DNA of 34,121 bases from Octopus bimaculoides (GCF_001194135.2 NC_068984.1:19839289-19873409); one strand, 5' to 3'; counted from the first letter of the stretch, positions 13,270-26,038 are shown. The notes: generated by a model not told the origin, from the letters alone. A program made the numbers and translations.

Positions 13270-13359
13270 ATGATCATCATCATCGTTTAACGTCTGCTTT
13301 CCATGCTGGCATGGGTTGGACGGTTTGACTGAGGACTGGTGAGCTAGAGGCTGCACCAG
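13270..13359 (-). mobile_element. 5'-truncated family C retroposon abutting the piggyBac remnant
   Basis: catcatcgtttaacgtctgctttccatgctggcatgggttggacggtttgactgaggactgg...ggctgcaccag. Confidence 0.8.
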
Positions 13360-14613
13360 TATCAGGCTATAATCCATTGCCAAGTAAAGTACAGTACTGG
13401 GCAACCAGTGATGACTTGAGAAATGTGGCTGTGTATGAAGCTATGAGAAGGGATCAATTTGATATAATCATGAAATGCCTCCATTCTCAAGACAACGAAA
13501 GCTTGAACACAAGTGATAAATATACTAAATTAGACAACTTATTACACATTTGCAAGAAAAATTTTTGCAACATTTTATAACAAAGCAGTATATTTAGCGT
13601 GATGAAGCAAAGATCGAGTACTTAGGAAAAGACAGATGCAAACATTGCATAAGAAACAAGCCAATAAGATTTGGATATAAGGTTTGGTGCCAAAATTCTT
13701 CTACTGGATATCTGATTGCCTTTGATCTCAATCAGGGAAAAACATACCAAAGGAATGAGTCAGATGAAATGAATTATGGCAAAAGTGTGCTGTGTCAGTA
13801 TTGCATCTTCTTGAGCAATGTTGGGAAAAAAGAGAATTACCTTATCATATATATATGGACAATCTATTTATGTCAATACCTTTATTTGAAAGATTAGTCA
13901 CTTTGGGTTATAATGCTACTGGAACTGTAAGAAGAAATTGGCTAGGAAAACAATGTCCACTATTGTCTGTCACTTCTGTTAAAAAGCATGAACGGGGATA
14001 TATGGAGGTACACTTATTTGAAAATAAACAAAAGACAACACTCAATATTATTCAATGGCTAGATAATGCTGCTGTAACACTGGTGTCAACCCAGTAAAGT
14101 GATCAGCCAAAAGAGTTTGTTAACAGGTGGAGCACATCTCAAAAAACGAGAATAAGCATGCCTATTCCCAACGCAATCAAACGCTACAATATTTTCACGG
14201 GAGACACTGATCTTATGAATCAGAACATAAATGTATATCATGTGAGTATACATGACAAAAAGTGACGGTTTAGCATTTTTATTCGGTTGCTAGATGCCGC
14301 TATTCAAAATGTTTGGCAAATTCATAAAACAGGTGGATCAAGTATGAGTCAGCTTGATTTTAAACAGGAGATAGCTATGACCTATTTGAAAAGATTTCAA
14401 TGTAAGCCCAAAGGACGTGGAAGAAAACCAAGCAGACTACCTGAAGGAATCGATATGCATTTTGATGGTCAAGATGATTTGGTTGAAAAAAACCCTATTG
14501 GTAAAAGACGAAGATGCATGGAAGATAACTGCATGGCTAGACCTTTAATGCAATGCCGCAAGTGCAACATAGAACTATGCCTGTCATGTTTTGCCTCATA
14601 CCACACAAAATAA
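13359..14613 (+). pseudogene. Decayed piggyBac-family transposase (PGBD2/PGBD3-like), N-terminus missing
   Basis: SGYNPLPSKVQYW..AMRRDQF..I..CLH; frameshifted SVDE; NKPIRFGYKVW; YMDNLFMS; GYNATGTVR; WLDN..V; C-terminal RRRCMEDNC...QCRKCNIELCLSCFASYH cysteine-rich domain. At least three stops and two frameshifts. Confidence 0.92.
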
Positions 14614-14965
14614 CCTAACATTGGTATAAAAACAATGATTTATATGTCTTGAATTAGACAGTAACTTGTAACTCATGTTGTATGTACCTATCACCCTGTG
14701 AGGCAGAATGATAAACCAATGATTTGTGCCAAAGATATTGGTTTGTGATTGTATTGTGAACATTTCATTTTATTCATTTATTCAATACAAATTACTTAAA
14801 TTGTACTTGTATTCTACTAGCGGGTTATATCTGGCACACACATTACTTCAAAAATGAAACAACTTTTCTCGGTCATATTTTCTGTAAGGTGTCTGTGTAA
14901 CATATAAAACTATTAAGTTTCGTTCAAGTTGGATTAAAAATAGAAGAATTCAGGATAATATGAGT

Positions 14966-14982
14966 TAATAATAATAATAATA

Positions 14983-15037
<55 letters not shown>
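14966..15037. repeat. Inverted microsatellite (TAA)6(TTA)18 following the candidate piggyBac end gagTTAA (14962-14968)
   Basis: Direct reading. Confidence 0.85.
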
Positions 15038-15039
<2 letters not shown>

Positions 15040-16319
15040 ATAATCAGAAAAATTACCAAAACTTGGAATATGCACTCAATGTATAAAATCTCTGAGTGAT
15101 GAAAAGTTAAGTTGACCTCAACAAGATCTGATTTCACAATTAGTATATGACAACATCAGCAATGTATACAAGTGTGCATGTGTGTGGGTGTGTGTGTGTG
15201 GGTGTGTGTGTGGGGGTGTGTGTTTGTGGGGAGGTGTACATGCACACATACACATGTGATGTAGCATATTAGTAACAGTTAAATTTCTTCCTTTAAAAAG
15301 AAAAAAAAAACACTCTCCCTCACTGTCTCTTTTATTAAAAATATTTAAAATTCTTGAGTGTCATTAAACTCTAAAAGCTACCAGATTATTTACCACAGGG
15401 GATTAATAGATTCAAACAAATAATTAAAATTATATGACCAAATTTCTCTAAAGTATTCATTGCTGTGTATTTAACTGTGTATTTAACCATTTATGGGCAA
15501 AGCCCTTCTCATGTCTTGCTTCAATTTTCTCTCTCACTCTCCTACCCACACCCTAAAACATCCAAGCAAATGTACATGCTCTGTTCAATTGAATATTCCT
15601 GACACTTATACATTTAATACTCTCTCACCATTGAGTGTTCTCATACATTTAGTACTCTTTATACTTAGACACTGAGAACTCTCTATTCTTACACTCCTAT
15701 CCTCCCTCTGTGTCTCAACAATCCATTTCTGACCTTTTTGCTGTCATTGCTCTTTCTTGTATTCCCTTCTTCTGTCTACATACTTTGGGTTACTGAATAC
15801 CCTGGGATTAGTGCCACAATAGAATGTATCCAGTATGCTCTTTGTAAAGTAGTTGGCATCCAAAGGAAAGGCATCCAAACAGGGAAACACTCAAGCCTTT
15901 AGCAGCAAAATACTCCAATAAGAAATGACTCAGACAATGACAATCCATCCAATTCATGCCAAAGGAGAAAGTGTATGCAATGATGATGATTAATTCAAGA
16001 TGTAACCCACCACAAATAGGCCATGGATACCTACCTCATCAAATGAGACTAGTACCATAATGTTTCTAGTCCTAACAGCATGACATACTCTATGGGAACC
16101 AGGGGGGGTCAGTCTTACTTGTTGATATGTCTATTTTCTGCCTCAGTAGGACCTGGAGGTAAATCTAATGGCTGGTTCTAAGTGTGGGGACATCACCTGG
16201 CTTTTTCCTAAGATCCATTTAGCAAAATTCACGGCAATAATAATATTCAGACAGAATTCCTGATATTTTCTCTGCCTGCAAAATAGTTAAGGGCTTTTGT
16301 CTTCTGAGTACCTAGTCAC

Positions 16320-16515
16320 CTCACCAGTGTTGGTACCATGAACAATAGCACCCAGGACTCTCTGCAAAGTGGTTAGCATTAGGAAGGCTATGCAGCTGTA
16401 GAAACCATGCCAAAGAAGACATTGGAGCTTGGCACAGTCTTCTGTCTCATCGGTTCTTGGTGAACCATTCAAATGATACCAGCATGAAAAAAATGACATT
16501 AGTTATGATGATGAT
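16320..16515 (+). mobile_element. Old family C retroposon
   Basis: gtggttagcattaggaagg..gcagctgtagaaaccatgccaaag...ending in gatgatgat. Confidence 0.65.
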
Positions 16516-16600
16516 ATCCTACAGATGTTTAGGCCAAGCATCAACCAGACAAGCATAAGAGAACATGCAAGTCACAGAAACTGCCGCACTGATTATGTGG

Positions 16601-16833
16601 TTAACCCTTTTGGTATCAATGCACCTGAGACCACCCCTGGTTCAATAATATAAGCTTCTTGTTTTAAAGAGGTCTAAAATAAAGTCTTCTATCAAAATTT
16701 CATGTTAATTTAGACTTCAACTCTAGCTTATTAATGATAATTTTTTTTTTTTTACTAAATTCTTCATTATTGTCCAAATTAACTAAAGCAAAAGCATTGT
16801 ATTTCAACAGAAATATGGTATCAAATGGGTTAA
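16601..16833 (+). mobile_element. Complete 225-bp MITE with TTAA target-site duplications (piggyBac-type termini)
   Basis: TTAA(16601-04)-CCCTTTTGGTATC ... GGTATCAAATGGG-TTAA(16830-33). Confidence 0.8.
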
Positions 16834-17169
16834 ACTAAACAATGGATTAAATCTACCATCCAATTTGTTATCAGTTTGGCCAACTACCAAGAGTAAAATA
16901 ACAGATTTGATAATTTGAAGTCTCTAGATCTCTATAGGGATAGCAGTAGAGGTGGTGGTGGCGGCAGTGGTAGATGATGTATAGTGTCAAGTCAGTCTTG
17001 ATTGAGTAGACCTATGGTCAATGGGGTTCCAACCATGTCGATCCCCACTTATTGTCTATCAAGAACTACATCATTTAATGTGTCCTCTTTTTTAAGACAA
17101 TGGCATGTGATTTGAGTGGACTTAGCTGCTATTTCTAGCACATCAAATAACCATATAGAGGCCTCCTCC

Positions 17170-17222
<53 letters not shown>

Positions 17223-18477
17223 CAGTAGTAGTAACAATGACAGCAGTAACAACATTGTTTTAACAGTAAAAGAAAAACAAACTCAGTTTTAACAATCTCT
17301 GTTCTTTTCAAAATGTCCACTGGCACAGTGCAATTGTTGAAGCTTGTTACCCAGTTCTTACTGAATGAAGTCATGTAGCCTAATGTTTAAGGTGTTTGCC
17401 TTGTAGTCAAAAGGTCATACGTTCAATTCATAGACCAGGCAGCACATTTGTGTCCTTTTACACTGCTCCAGTCTACTCAACTAGAAATGAATATCAGCCA
17501 GGTGTGGGTGTAACTCAGTGCTCCCCAACCTTTTTTCACTTGTGGTACACTTATATTGTTTTCAAATTTCGGCAGCACACCTGAACTAAAAATATAACTA
17601 AAAGTATAGGGGAAAAAATTATACTCAGGTTACACAGCGCCACACCTAGCATCATCTCATGGCACACCAGTGTGCCGCAGCATACCAGTTGTGGAGCACT
17701 GACGTAACTCACTCTCTCCTTCCCTCCAGCAGCCACATCTTCAATGTCTGCTGTGGCAAAAACAGCCAAGAAGATATCTGTCTGCTTGCAATTACAAAAG
17801 ACTCTAATAGAATTAAGGAAAGCATGGTACATTATCAAGCCATACTTGCATGTAAGTGATGGATAGCTGCCCTGTATTTTCTTACTGTGTTTTCATAACA
17901 CTTCAGTTTTATCTCATAAAAGATCTCAGTCAAATCTCGAACTTGTTGAACTAATTCTATAATAGTGTTTCAAGACTATCTAATGAGCACATGTTCAACA
18001 ATTGGAAAATGCCCAGAAATAGCAGTTATCATTCTATCTGTCTGAATAACCAAACATTAACCATGAAGAAGAATATGCCCTGAAGAACTTAGCTAAGAAT
18101 GTAGATAAAGTTGGTTTATCTCAGATAATGATACACAATGCTTTTTTTTTTTTTATCATAGGTATCCAGATTAGTAACATATTCTGTCTAGAATATATCA
18201 AGCCAAGAAAGGAACCTTGATGAGGTTGAGCATCCACATAGAGGATTAGAACTGGCAGCCAAATCTTCCTCAAACCTCACCCAACATCTTAAAACAGAAC
18301 ACAATAAATTATATACCATATTTGATGGTATAAAAAACACACAGGTATAATTAAATGCACCCCAATGTCAGCAGTGCATATTCAGGAAATAAGGGCTGAC
18401 CAAAAGCTACAGCTGTGTAGTTAAGAAGCTCACTTTACTAACAAGTGGGATCCTAGTTTGATGCCACTGAATTATCC

Positions 18478-18830
18478 AAACCCCAAAGGATTCCTCTCAA
18501 CACAAGGATATGATGCTTCCCCACTACTTCTGCTCATGATCAGAAATGCACATATCATCAGCCATCAAGGGACATACTCAATTGGTTAAGGTAAAAAAAA
18601 AAACTGACAAGCAAATCTGTGGTATTGGGCAGAATAATTGCTGTAGTCCATCTTTTATACCAAGACAAAACAATGTACATGATAACACTTCCAATCAGTT
18701 AAGAGTCACTGCTTAGTACTGCATCAGAGCAATTATTATCATTACCATATTGTCTTTGCACAGCTTCTAATGCTGGAGATGTACTACAGTGTCAGCTGTT
18801 CACTACCAGTGAACTAAGGTAACACCCCTT
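18478..18830 (-). mobile_element. Unclassified repeat family E, reverse copy of 28706-29260
   Basis: ctctcaacaca..atgatgcttccccactacttctgctc.tgatcaga.atgcacatatc is the reverse complement of 28890-28960. Confidence 0.75.
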
Positions 18831-18896
18831 ATTTTTCATGCACCATCCAGAGTATTCGAGTGGTTCCAAGCAGTGCTGTTTTCTACAAGTGCTTTA

Positions 18897-19000
18897 CCCT
18901 TATTGCAGCCCCTATTTGTTCCATGTACTTTCTCCACCCATATTGCAGCCCCTATTTGTTCCATGTACTTTCTCCACCCTTATTGCAGTCCCTATTTGTT
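18897..19000. repeat. 40-bp minisatellite, about 2.6 copies
   Basis: tattgcagcccctatttgttccatgtactttctccaccc(a/t) at 18901, 18941 and partially 18981. Confidence 0.9.
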
Positions 19001-19124
19001 TTTTGTTTTTTTATTGTTTTTTACTATTATTATTATTTTATGTTTGACTTTTGCTTTGCATTTGTACAAGTTGGCTCCAAGTCTCACTCAGAGACCTCAA
19101 GAGACAAGTTAGAAGTTCATGTTA

Positions 19125-19173
<49 letters not shown>

Positions 19174-19250
19174 GGTGATACCACTCAGATGAAAACAACA
19201 ATATTAACATCATAAGAATACAAAATATAAAATGTTCAGTAACAACTTAC

Positions 19251-19346
19251 CAGTTTTTCCCCAGTGAGAACTTCAAGTAAAGAAAGTAATACCAATCCAT
19301 TCTTGATGTCAGAGAACAGGTCTTCAACTTTTATGGGTGGATCATG
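19251..19346 (-). CDS. SYNE1: Nesprin-1-like CH1 exon B (96 nt): HDPPIKVEDLFSDIKNGLVLLSLLEVLTGEKL
   Basis: Acceptor tattttcAG|CAT, donor CTG|GTAAGT, phase 0-0. Matches the CH1 segment P..V.DLF.D.KDG..LL.LLEVL.G.KL. Confidence 0.93.
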
Positions 19347-19837
19347 CTGAAAATAGTGCAAGAATCAAAATCAATTTTTATTTCAAGGAATTCGTCTCCA
19401 CCTTTCTTTTATCACTCACTATATTTACCTGCAACCCAATTCTAACCATTTGTTGCTCTCCCCTCACACCACTTTCTTGCATCTTGAGATGCTCGGGCAT
19501 TGAGTTACCACCATCTCTATCTTCTTTCCAGTTACTCCCATTTCACCCTTACATAATGTAGGGTAGCTATGTACCTCCTCTATAACGAGATGCTTGTGCT
19601 TGTCTCTCTCGTACTTCTCATCCCTTCAACACCTGGCATACAACCACCTCATCTCCTCTCAAAACCCCCACCCCGCTTTATTAAGGGTACTTTTTTCTTT
19701 TTCTCCAGTCTGATTTAGCATGGTTTCTAGAGCTAGATGCCTTTCCGAATGTCAACCACTCCAAGAGTGTAATGGGTGATTTTACGTGCCACCAGCATGG
19801 GTGCCAGTTGTGTGAGATCTGGCATGACTATGAACAT

Positions 19838-20150
19838 GGCATCTAGCTGTCGAAACATTGCCAGACCAGATTGGAGCCTGGTGCGGCCTCCTGGATCACC
19901 AGTCCTCAGTCAAACCATCCAACCCATGCCAGCATGGAAAACAGACATTAAACAATGGTGATGATGATGATGACATATATATATGTATCATCATCATCAT
20001 CATCATCATCGTTTAACGTCCGCTTTCCATGCTAGCATGGGTTGGACGATTTGACTGAGGACTGGTGAAACCGGATGGCAACACCAGGCTCCAGTCTGAT
20101 TTGGCAGAGTTTCTACAGCTGGATGCCCTTCCTAACGCCAACCACTCAGA
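19838..20150. mobile_element. Tail-to-tail inverted pair of family C retroposons (+ 19838-19972, - 19987-20150)
   Basis: (GAT)n and (CAT)n tails separated by the palindrome acatatatatatgt (19973-19986). Confidence 0.85.
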
Positions 20151-20152
20151 GA

Positions 20153-20730
<578 letters not shown>

Positions 20731-21422
20731 CGATAAGTATCCTGTCAACCAAATCCACTCACAATGTTTTTGTCAGTTCAAAGCTATAGTAGAAGACACC
20801 TGCTAAAGGTACCACACAGTGGAACTGAACTCAGAGCCAAATAGTTGGGAAGCAAACTTCTTACCATACAGCCATGCTTATTTCACAACACCAAAAAAAT
20901 GTCTCAGCCAAGTCACCACCTTATCTTCATTTGTGTATATGTGTGTAGGATGGCTGGACAAACAGACAGACATTAACATAAAGCTGAAGGTCAAGGAAAA
21001 AAAGAATACCGACGCTGAACTATTGAGAATTTTGCAGTTACTCTATCCAGATTACAAGTTCAGGTGTATACCTGTAATTGTTGGGCTCCTGGGATATGTA
21101 ACACACTGCCTAAATACCAGAAAGGAGAAAGCTAATTCGAAGACTACAGATCCAATCCATAACTGGAACTGTAAAAATCTGTAAAACTTTCCAGAAGTTT
21201 ATCATTTCAGTGTATTTGAGCATTTCTAGATATGCAAGTATATGCACGAGAAGACATACATAAAGCAAAACATACAAATCTGCACGTATACATACATATA
21301 TAAATACATACATATATAAATATATACATGTTGTTGATGTTGAAATTCCAATGAAGGAACCTTGAAATCTTGAAATAAAACTGAACAATGACATGCATAC
21401 ATGCAAGCAAGTATGTACATGT

Positions 21423-21816
21423 GCGCAGGAGTGGCTGTGTGGTAAGTAGCTTGCTTACCAATCACATGGTTCTGGGTTCAGTCCCACTGCGTGGCATCTT
21501 GGGCAAGTGTCTTCTACTATAGCCTCGGGCCGACCAAAGCCTTGTGAGTGGATTTGGTAGACGGAAACTGAAAGAAGCCTGTCGTATATATGTATATATA
21601 TATATATATATGTATTTGTGTGTCTGTGTTTGTCCCCCTAGCATTGCTTGACAACCGATGCTGGTGTGTTTACGTCTCCGTAACTTAGTGGTTCAGCAAA
21701 AGAGATTGATAGAATAAGTACTAGGCTTACAAACAATAAGTCCTGGGGTCGATTTGCTCGACTAAAGGCGGTGCTCCAGCATGGCCACAGTCAAATGACT
21801 GAAACAAGTAAAAGAG
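21423..21816 (+). mobile_element. tRNA-derived SINE family B (working label), near full-length
   Basis: Head gcgcaggagtggctgtgtggtaag...GGTTCAGTCCC, internal (TA)n/(TG)n, tail ccagcatggccacagtcaaatgactgaaacaagtaaaaga. Confidence 0.85.
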
Positions 21817-22189
21817 TGTGTGTGGGGATGTGTTTGTCTTCTTGTTTTAACATCACATGTTTGTAAACAAGCAACAGCACTGTACAAGCAGAGTCTTTTG
21901 TTTCCTATCTTCTGTAAAACCATATCTGGCCATAAGGAAATAATAACCTTGCTTGGAAACGGGTGAAGGTTGGCAACAAGAAGGACGTCCAGCCATAGAA
22001 TAATCTGTCTCAATGAATCCCATTTGACCCATGCAAGCATGGAAGAGTAAAGTTAGAAATGATGAGGATGATGATGATGATGATGACAATAATGGCCTTG
22101 TACATTGTTTCTAAATATCAAACCAACTGCCTTTGTGTCATGGAGCTACATGTGCAGGCTGACTAAGTGTTATTCAACAAAAACAGCAA

Positions 22190-22505
22190 TTACTACTACT
22201 ACTACTACTACCACCACCACCACCACCACCACCAGCACTACTACTACTACTATTACTACCACCACCACTACTACTACCACCACCACCACCACTACTACTA
22301 CTACTATTACTACCACCACCACTACTACTGCCATCACCATCACTACTGCCACTACTACTACTACTACTACTACTACAACTATCATCACTACTATTACTAC
22401 TACTGCCATCACCACCACCATCACCACAACTACTACTACTACTACTACCAAAACCACCACCTCCACCACCACCACCACAACTACAACTACCACTACCACT
22501 GACAA
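22190..22505. repeat. Degenerate (ACT)/(ACC) trinucleotide tract
   Basis: Direct reading; gives the poly-Thr/His/Val/Ser ORFs. Confidence 0.9.
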
Positions 22506-22814
22506 CAACCAATCATGTTCTGCAACTTATATACACTACAAGGTAAATTTTGTGTAACTGTATTTTCACTGTTTCTGTCGGCTGAGGGAGAGAGAGATAA
22601 TGTGATAATGTTGTTTATTGTGGTATTTAAACCTGCAACCTTTTCATGACGATCTCCATAGTGATAGTGTCATTGGAAAGAGTAAAACAAACATCAATAT
22701 TATTGGCATATACTGGTTTCCATTGTAATGTTGAGATTGTCGTTAATCTTAAAGCTTGTCTATACGTTATGTACATTATGCACACAAACACACACGCACG
22801 TGTGTGCTTGTTCC

Positions 22815-22857
<43 letters not shown>

Positions 22858-22955
22858 TGTGTGTGTGTGTAAGGAACAAATGGCTGGCATAAACTGCATG
22901 TTGTGCTTATCTTGTCATATATATGTGTGTGTGGATATGTACATATATACATATA

Positions 22956-22987
<32 letters not shown>

Positions 22988-22997
22988 NNNNNNNNNN

Positions 22998-23041
<44 letters not shown>

Positions 23042-23042
23042 C

Positions 23043-23078
<36 letters not shown>

Positions 23079-23167
23079 ATATGTATATGTCCCAATCAAT
23101 GTTGGTGATAGGAAGGACATTCGACCACAAAAGGCAAGACCTGAAAAAATATATTCCATAGAACATA

Positions 23168-23605
23168 GGTACAGGTATGGCTGTATGCTAAGAAGCTGGC
23201 TTCCCAACCACATGGTTCTGGGTTCAGTCCCACTGTACGGCACCTTGGCAAGTGTCTTCTACTATTATAGCCTTGGGCCGACCAAAGCCTTGAGTGGATT
23301 TGGTAGATGGAAACTGAAAGAATCCCATTGTATATTTGTATATATATGTATATATTTATGTGTGTGTGTCTTTGTGTCTATGTTTGTCCTTCCATCATTG
23401 CTTGACAACTGATGTTGGTGTGTTTACATCCCCGTAACTTAGCAGTTTGACAAAAGAGACCAATGGAATAGGCATTAGGCTTACAAAGAATGGAATAAGT
23501 ACTAGGCTTAGAAATAAGTCCTGGGGTCGATTTCTTCAACTAAAACCTTTTAAGGAAGCGCTCCAGCACGGCCACAGTCAGACGACTGAAACAAGTAAAA
23601 GAATA
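23168..23605 (+). mobile_element. SINE family B, second copy
   Basis: Colinear with 21423-21816. Confidence 0.85.
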
Positions 23606-23694
23606 ATAGAATAGAAAAACAACCAGGACTGGCAGTTTTTTCTCTGTTGTTATGAGTACCAGATGATAAAGAGCAGCCAGAATTAGTGGGAGAA

Positions 23695-23936
23695 ACGAGA
23701 GATTTAGCGGCGCGCTGGCAGAAACGTTAGCACGCCAGGTGAAATGCTTAGCGGTGTTCCGTCTGCCGCTACATTCTGAGTTCAAATTCCGCCGAGGTCA
23801 ACTTTGCCTTTCATCCTTTCAGGGTCGATTAAATAAGTACCAGTTATGCACTGGGGTCAATATAATCGACTTAATCCGTTTGTCTGTCCTTGTTTGTCCC
23901 CTCTGTGTTTAGCCCCTTGTGGGCAATAAAGAAATA
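23695..23936 (+). mobile_element. Young full-length family A SINE with perfect 16-bp TSD
   Basis: AGAATTAGTGGGAGAA at 23679-23694 and 23937-23952; A-box TGGCAGAAACGTTAG, B-box GAGTTCAAATTCC; CpGs retained. Confidence 0.9.
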
Positions 23937-24261
23937 AGAATTAGTGGGAGAAGGTGCTGGAATACACCAGTCCAGCCTATATTAGCATAGAGGGACAAAA
24001 ACAGATGTGAACCAGTGAGGAGGTCCATAATAGCATATAGTTCTGAATTTGGTATATTGTTATATATATATATATATATATATATAATGTATAGATATAT
24101 GTTGATGTTACTATCAATTGTGACATTAGAAGGGATGAAAGCTAGCATCTGACAAACATGCTAGTGATGTTGGTTTTGGTTTTTCAATGATGTATTAATA
24201 TTATGAAGGTTTATGTACAAAGGCTTATGTTGGTTCAAATGCCACAATAAACATTTTCTCT

Positions 24262-24348
24262 CTCTCTCTTTCCTCTCTCTCTTTCCTCTCTTTCTCTCCT
24301 CTCTCTCCCTGTCTTTCTCTCTCTTTCTCCTCTCTGTCTCCTCTGCCT

Positions 24349-24386
<38 letters not shown>

Positions 24387-24815
24387 ACGCATGCACAGAA
24401 CTGATAAACAGAAAACACACACACACATATGCAAACATACATACAACACATACAGAAACTACACACAAGCATACAAACACACAAATGTATACACACACAA
24501 ACAGTCACACACACATACACAATCACACAACATACAGACACACACACAATCACACACAATTACACCAAGCACAAACATTCACACACATGTACAAACACAC
24601 ACAAATATAGTCACAAGTACACACACACAAACACACAAATATACACACAGAAGCACACACATACACACATTGACACAAACACACACCCACACATGCACAA
24701 ACACACACCTACACAAGCACTAACACATGCATGTGTGTGCACACGCATGTGCACACACACACAGAGGCATGAACACATGCCCACACATGCACTAAAAGAC
24801 ATGCACACACACGCA
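24262..24815. repeat. (CT)n-rich tract followed by a long degenerate (CA)n tract
   Basis: Direct reading. Confidence 0.9.
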
Positions 24816-25399
24816 GAAATAGCTACAGTTTCAATAGGCATCACTATTCTTAAACACTCTGATGAAATATAAACCCTCAGTTATCAAAACAGAGCATCAG
24901 TAATTGTCATTCCCTGGTTGAGTTCACCTGACCCACTGCTGCTGTGACCACCACCATAAATGGAAATTACTAAGCAATGGTAAAATGGCTAAAAATAGTA
25001 CACAAATCTTTCTTAAAATCACATCCAATTGTTTTAAACAAAGAAGTACATATTGGGTAACATAATCCTAGATAGACTATGCCTGAGCAGAGATGGAATG
25101 GTTGTGATGAAACATTATCCATATAAGGTCAGCATGACTCTAGTGGACCTCGGGATCAATAACAACAGGAATACAAAAATAGATAAGACAATAACTGTGG
25201 CCACCCCACCATGCTACACTCCATACCATTCATGTGTCGAACTGTCATGCTTCCACACCATTTATTTGTCACCCCCGTATACAATCCCTCTGTTACACAC
25301 TCTCCATATCACTCATGTGACATGCTATCACACAGCATTCGTATCATTCTTCTGTCATGCTATCATATCGCAACCCATATCAGTCATTTTTTTATAGTC

Positions 25400-25760
25400 A
25401 CATTGCATTTATACCATTCATCTGTCATCATCATACCACTCATCTGTCATACTGTCACACTGAATTTATACTGTTCATCTATCACTGTTACACTACATTC
25501 ATACCATTCATCTGTCACTGTTATACTTTATTCATACCATTCATCTGTCACCATCATACTGTATCCATACCACTCATTTGTCACCCTGTCATACTGTATT
25601 CAAACCACTCATCTGTCATACTGTCACACTGCATTCATACTGTTCATTTGTCGCAATACAAAATTCATACCATTTGTTTGTCACCATCATACAACATCTA
25701 TACCATTCATCAGTCACCATCATACTGCATTAATATCATCCATCTGTCACCCTGTCATGT
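25400..25760. repeat. Degenerate minisatellite of about 33 bp, roughly 11 units
   Basis: Consensus about attcataccattcatctgtcaccatcatactgc; units 29-35 nt. Confidence 0.8.
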
Positions 25761-26038
25761 TGCAGCCTATGATAGTCATCACATCACATTGGAATATGCA
25801 AGATGGCCTCAAGTTAGGAAGAATCATAGTGAGTATGTTTAGGACAATGAATCTATGGGTTGCCCTTAGCCATTTAGCGAAGTACTTCTGGGTCATATGA
25901 CTGCTCAAACAGAGCTGACCTGGGGCTATATAGCAACAAAGGCAGTGACAACAACAATGACAAGAAGAAAGTAGAATAACCTTGCTTAACGAAACGGTGT
26001 AAAGATTGTATTTTTTGAAGAGTAAAATAAGATTATAC

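Noticed and set aside
21423-21500. tRNA-like A/B boxes in SINE heads
   Set aside because: No complete cloverleaf, and they are joined to SINE bodies; not called tRNA genes.
25211-25900. 229-aa plus-strand ORF
   Set aside because: Product of the 33-bp minisatellite keeping frame; low complexity, no domain; the minus strand has in-unit stops.
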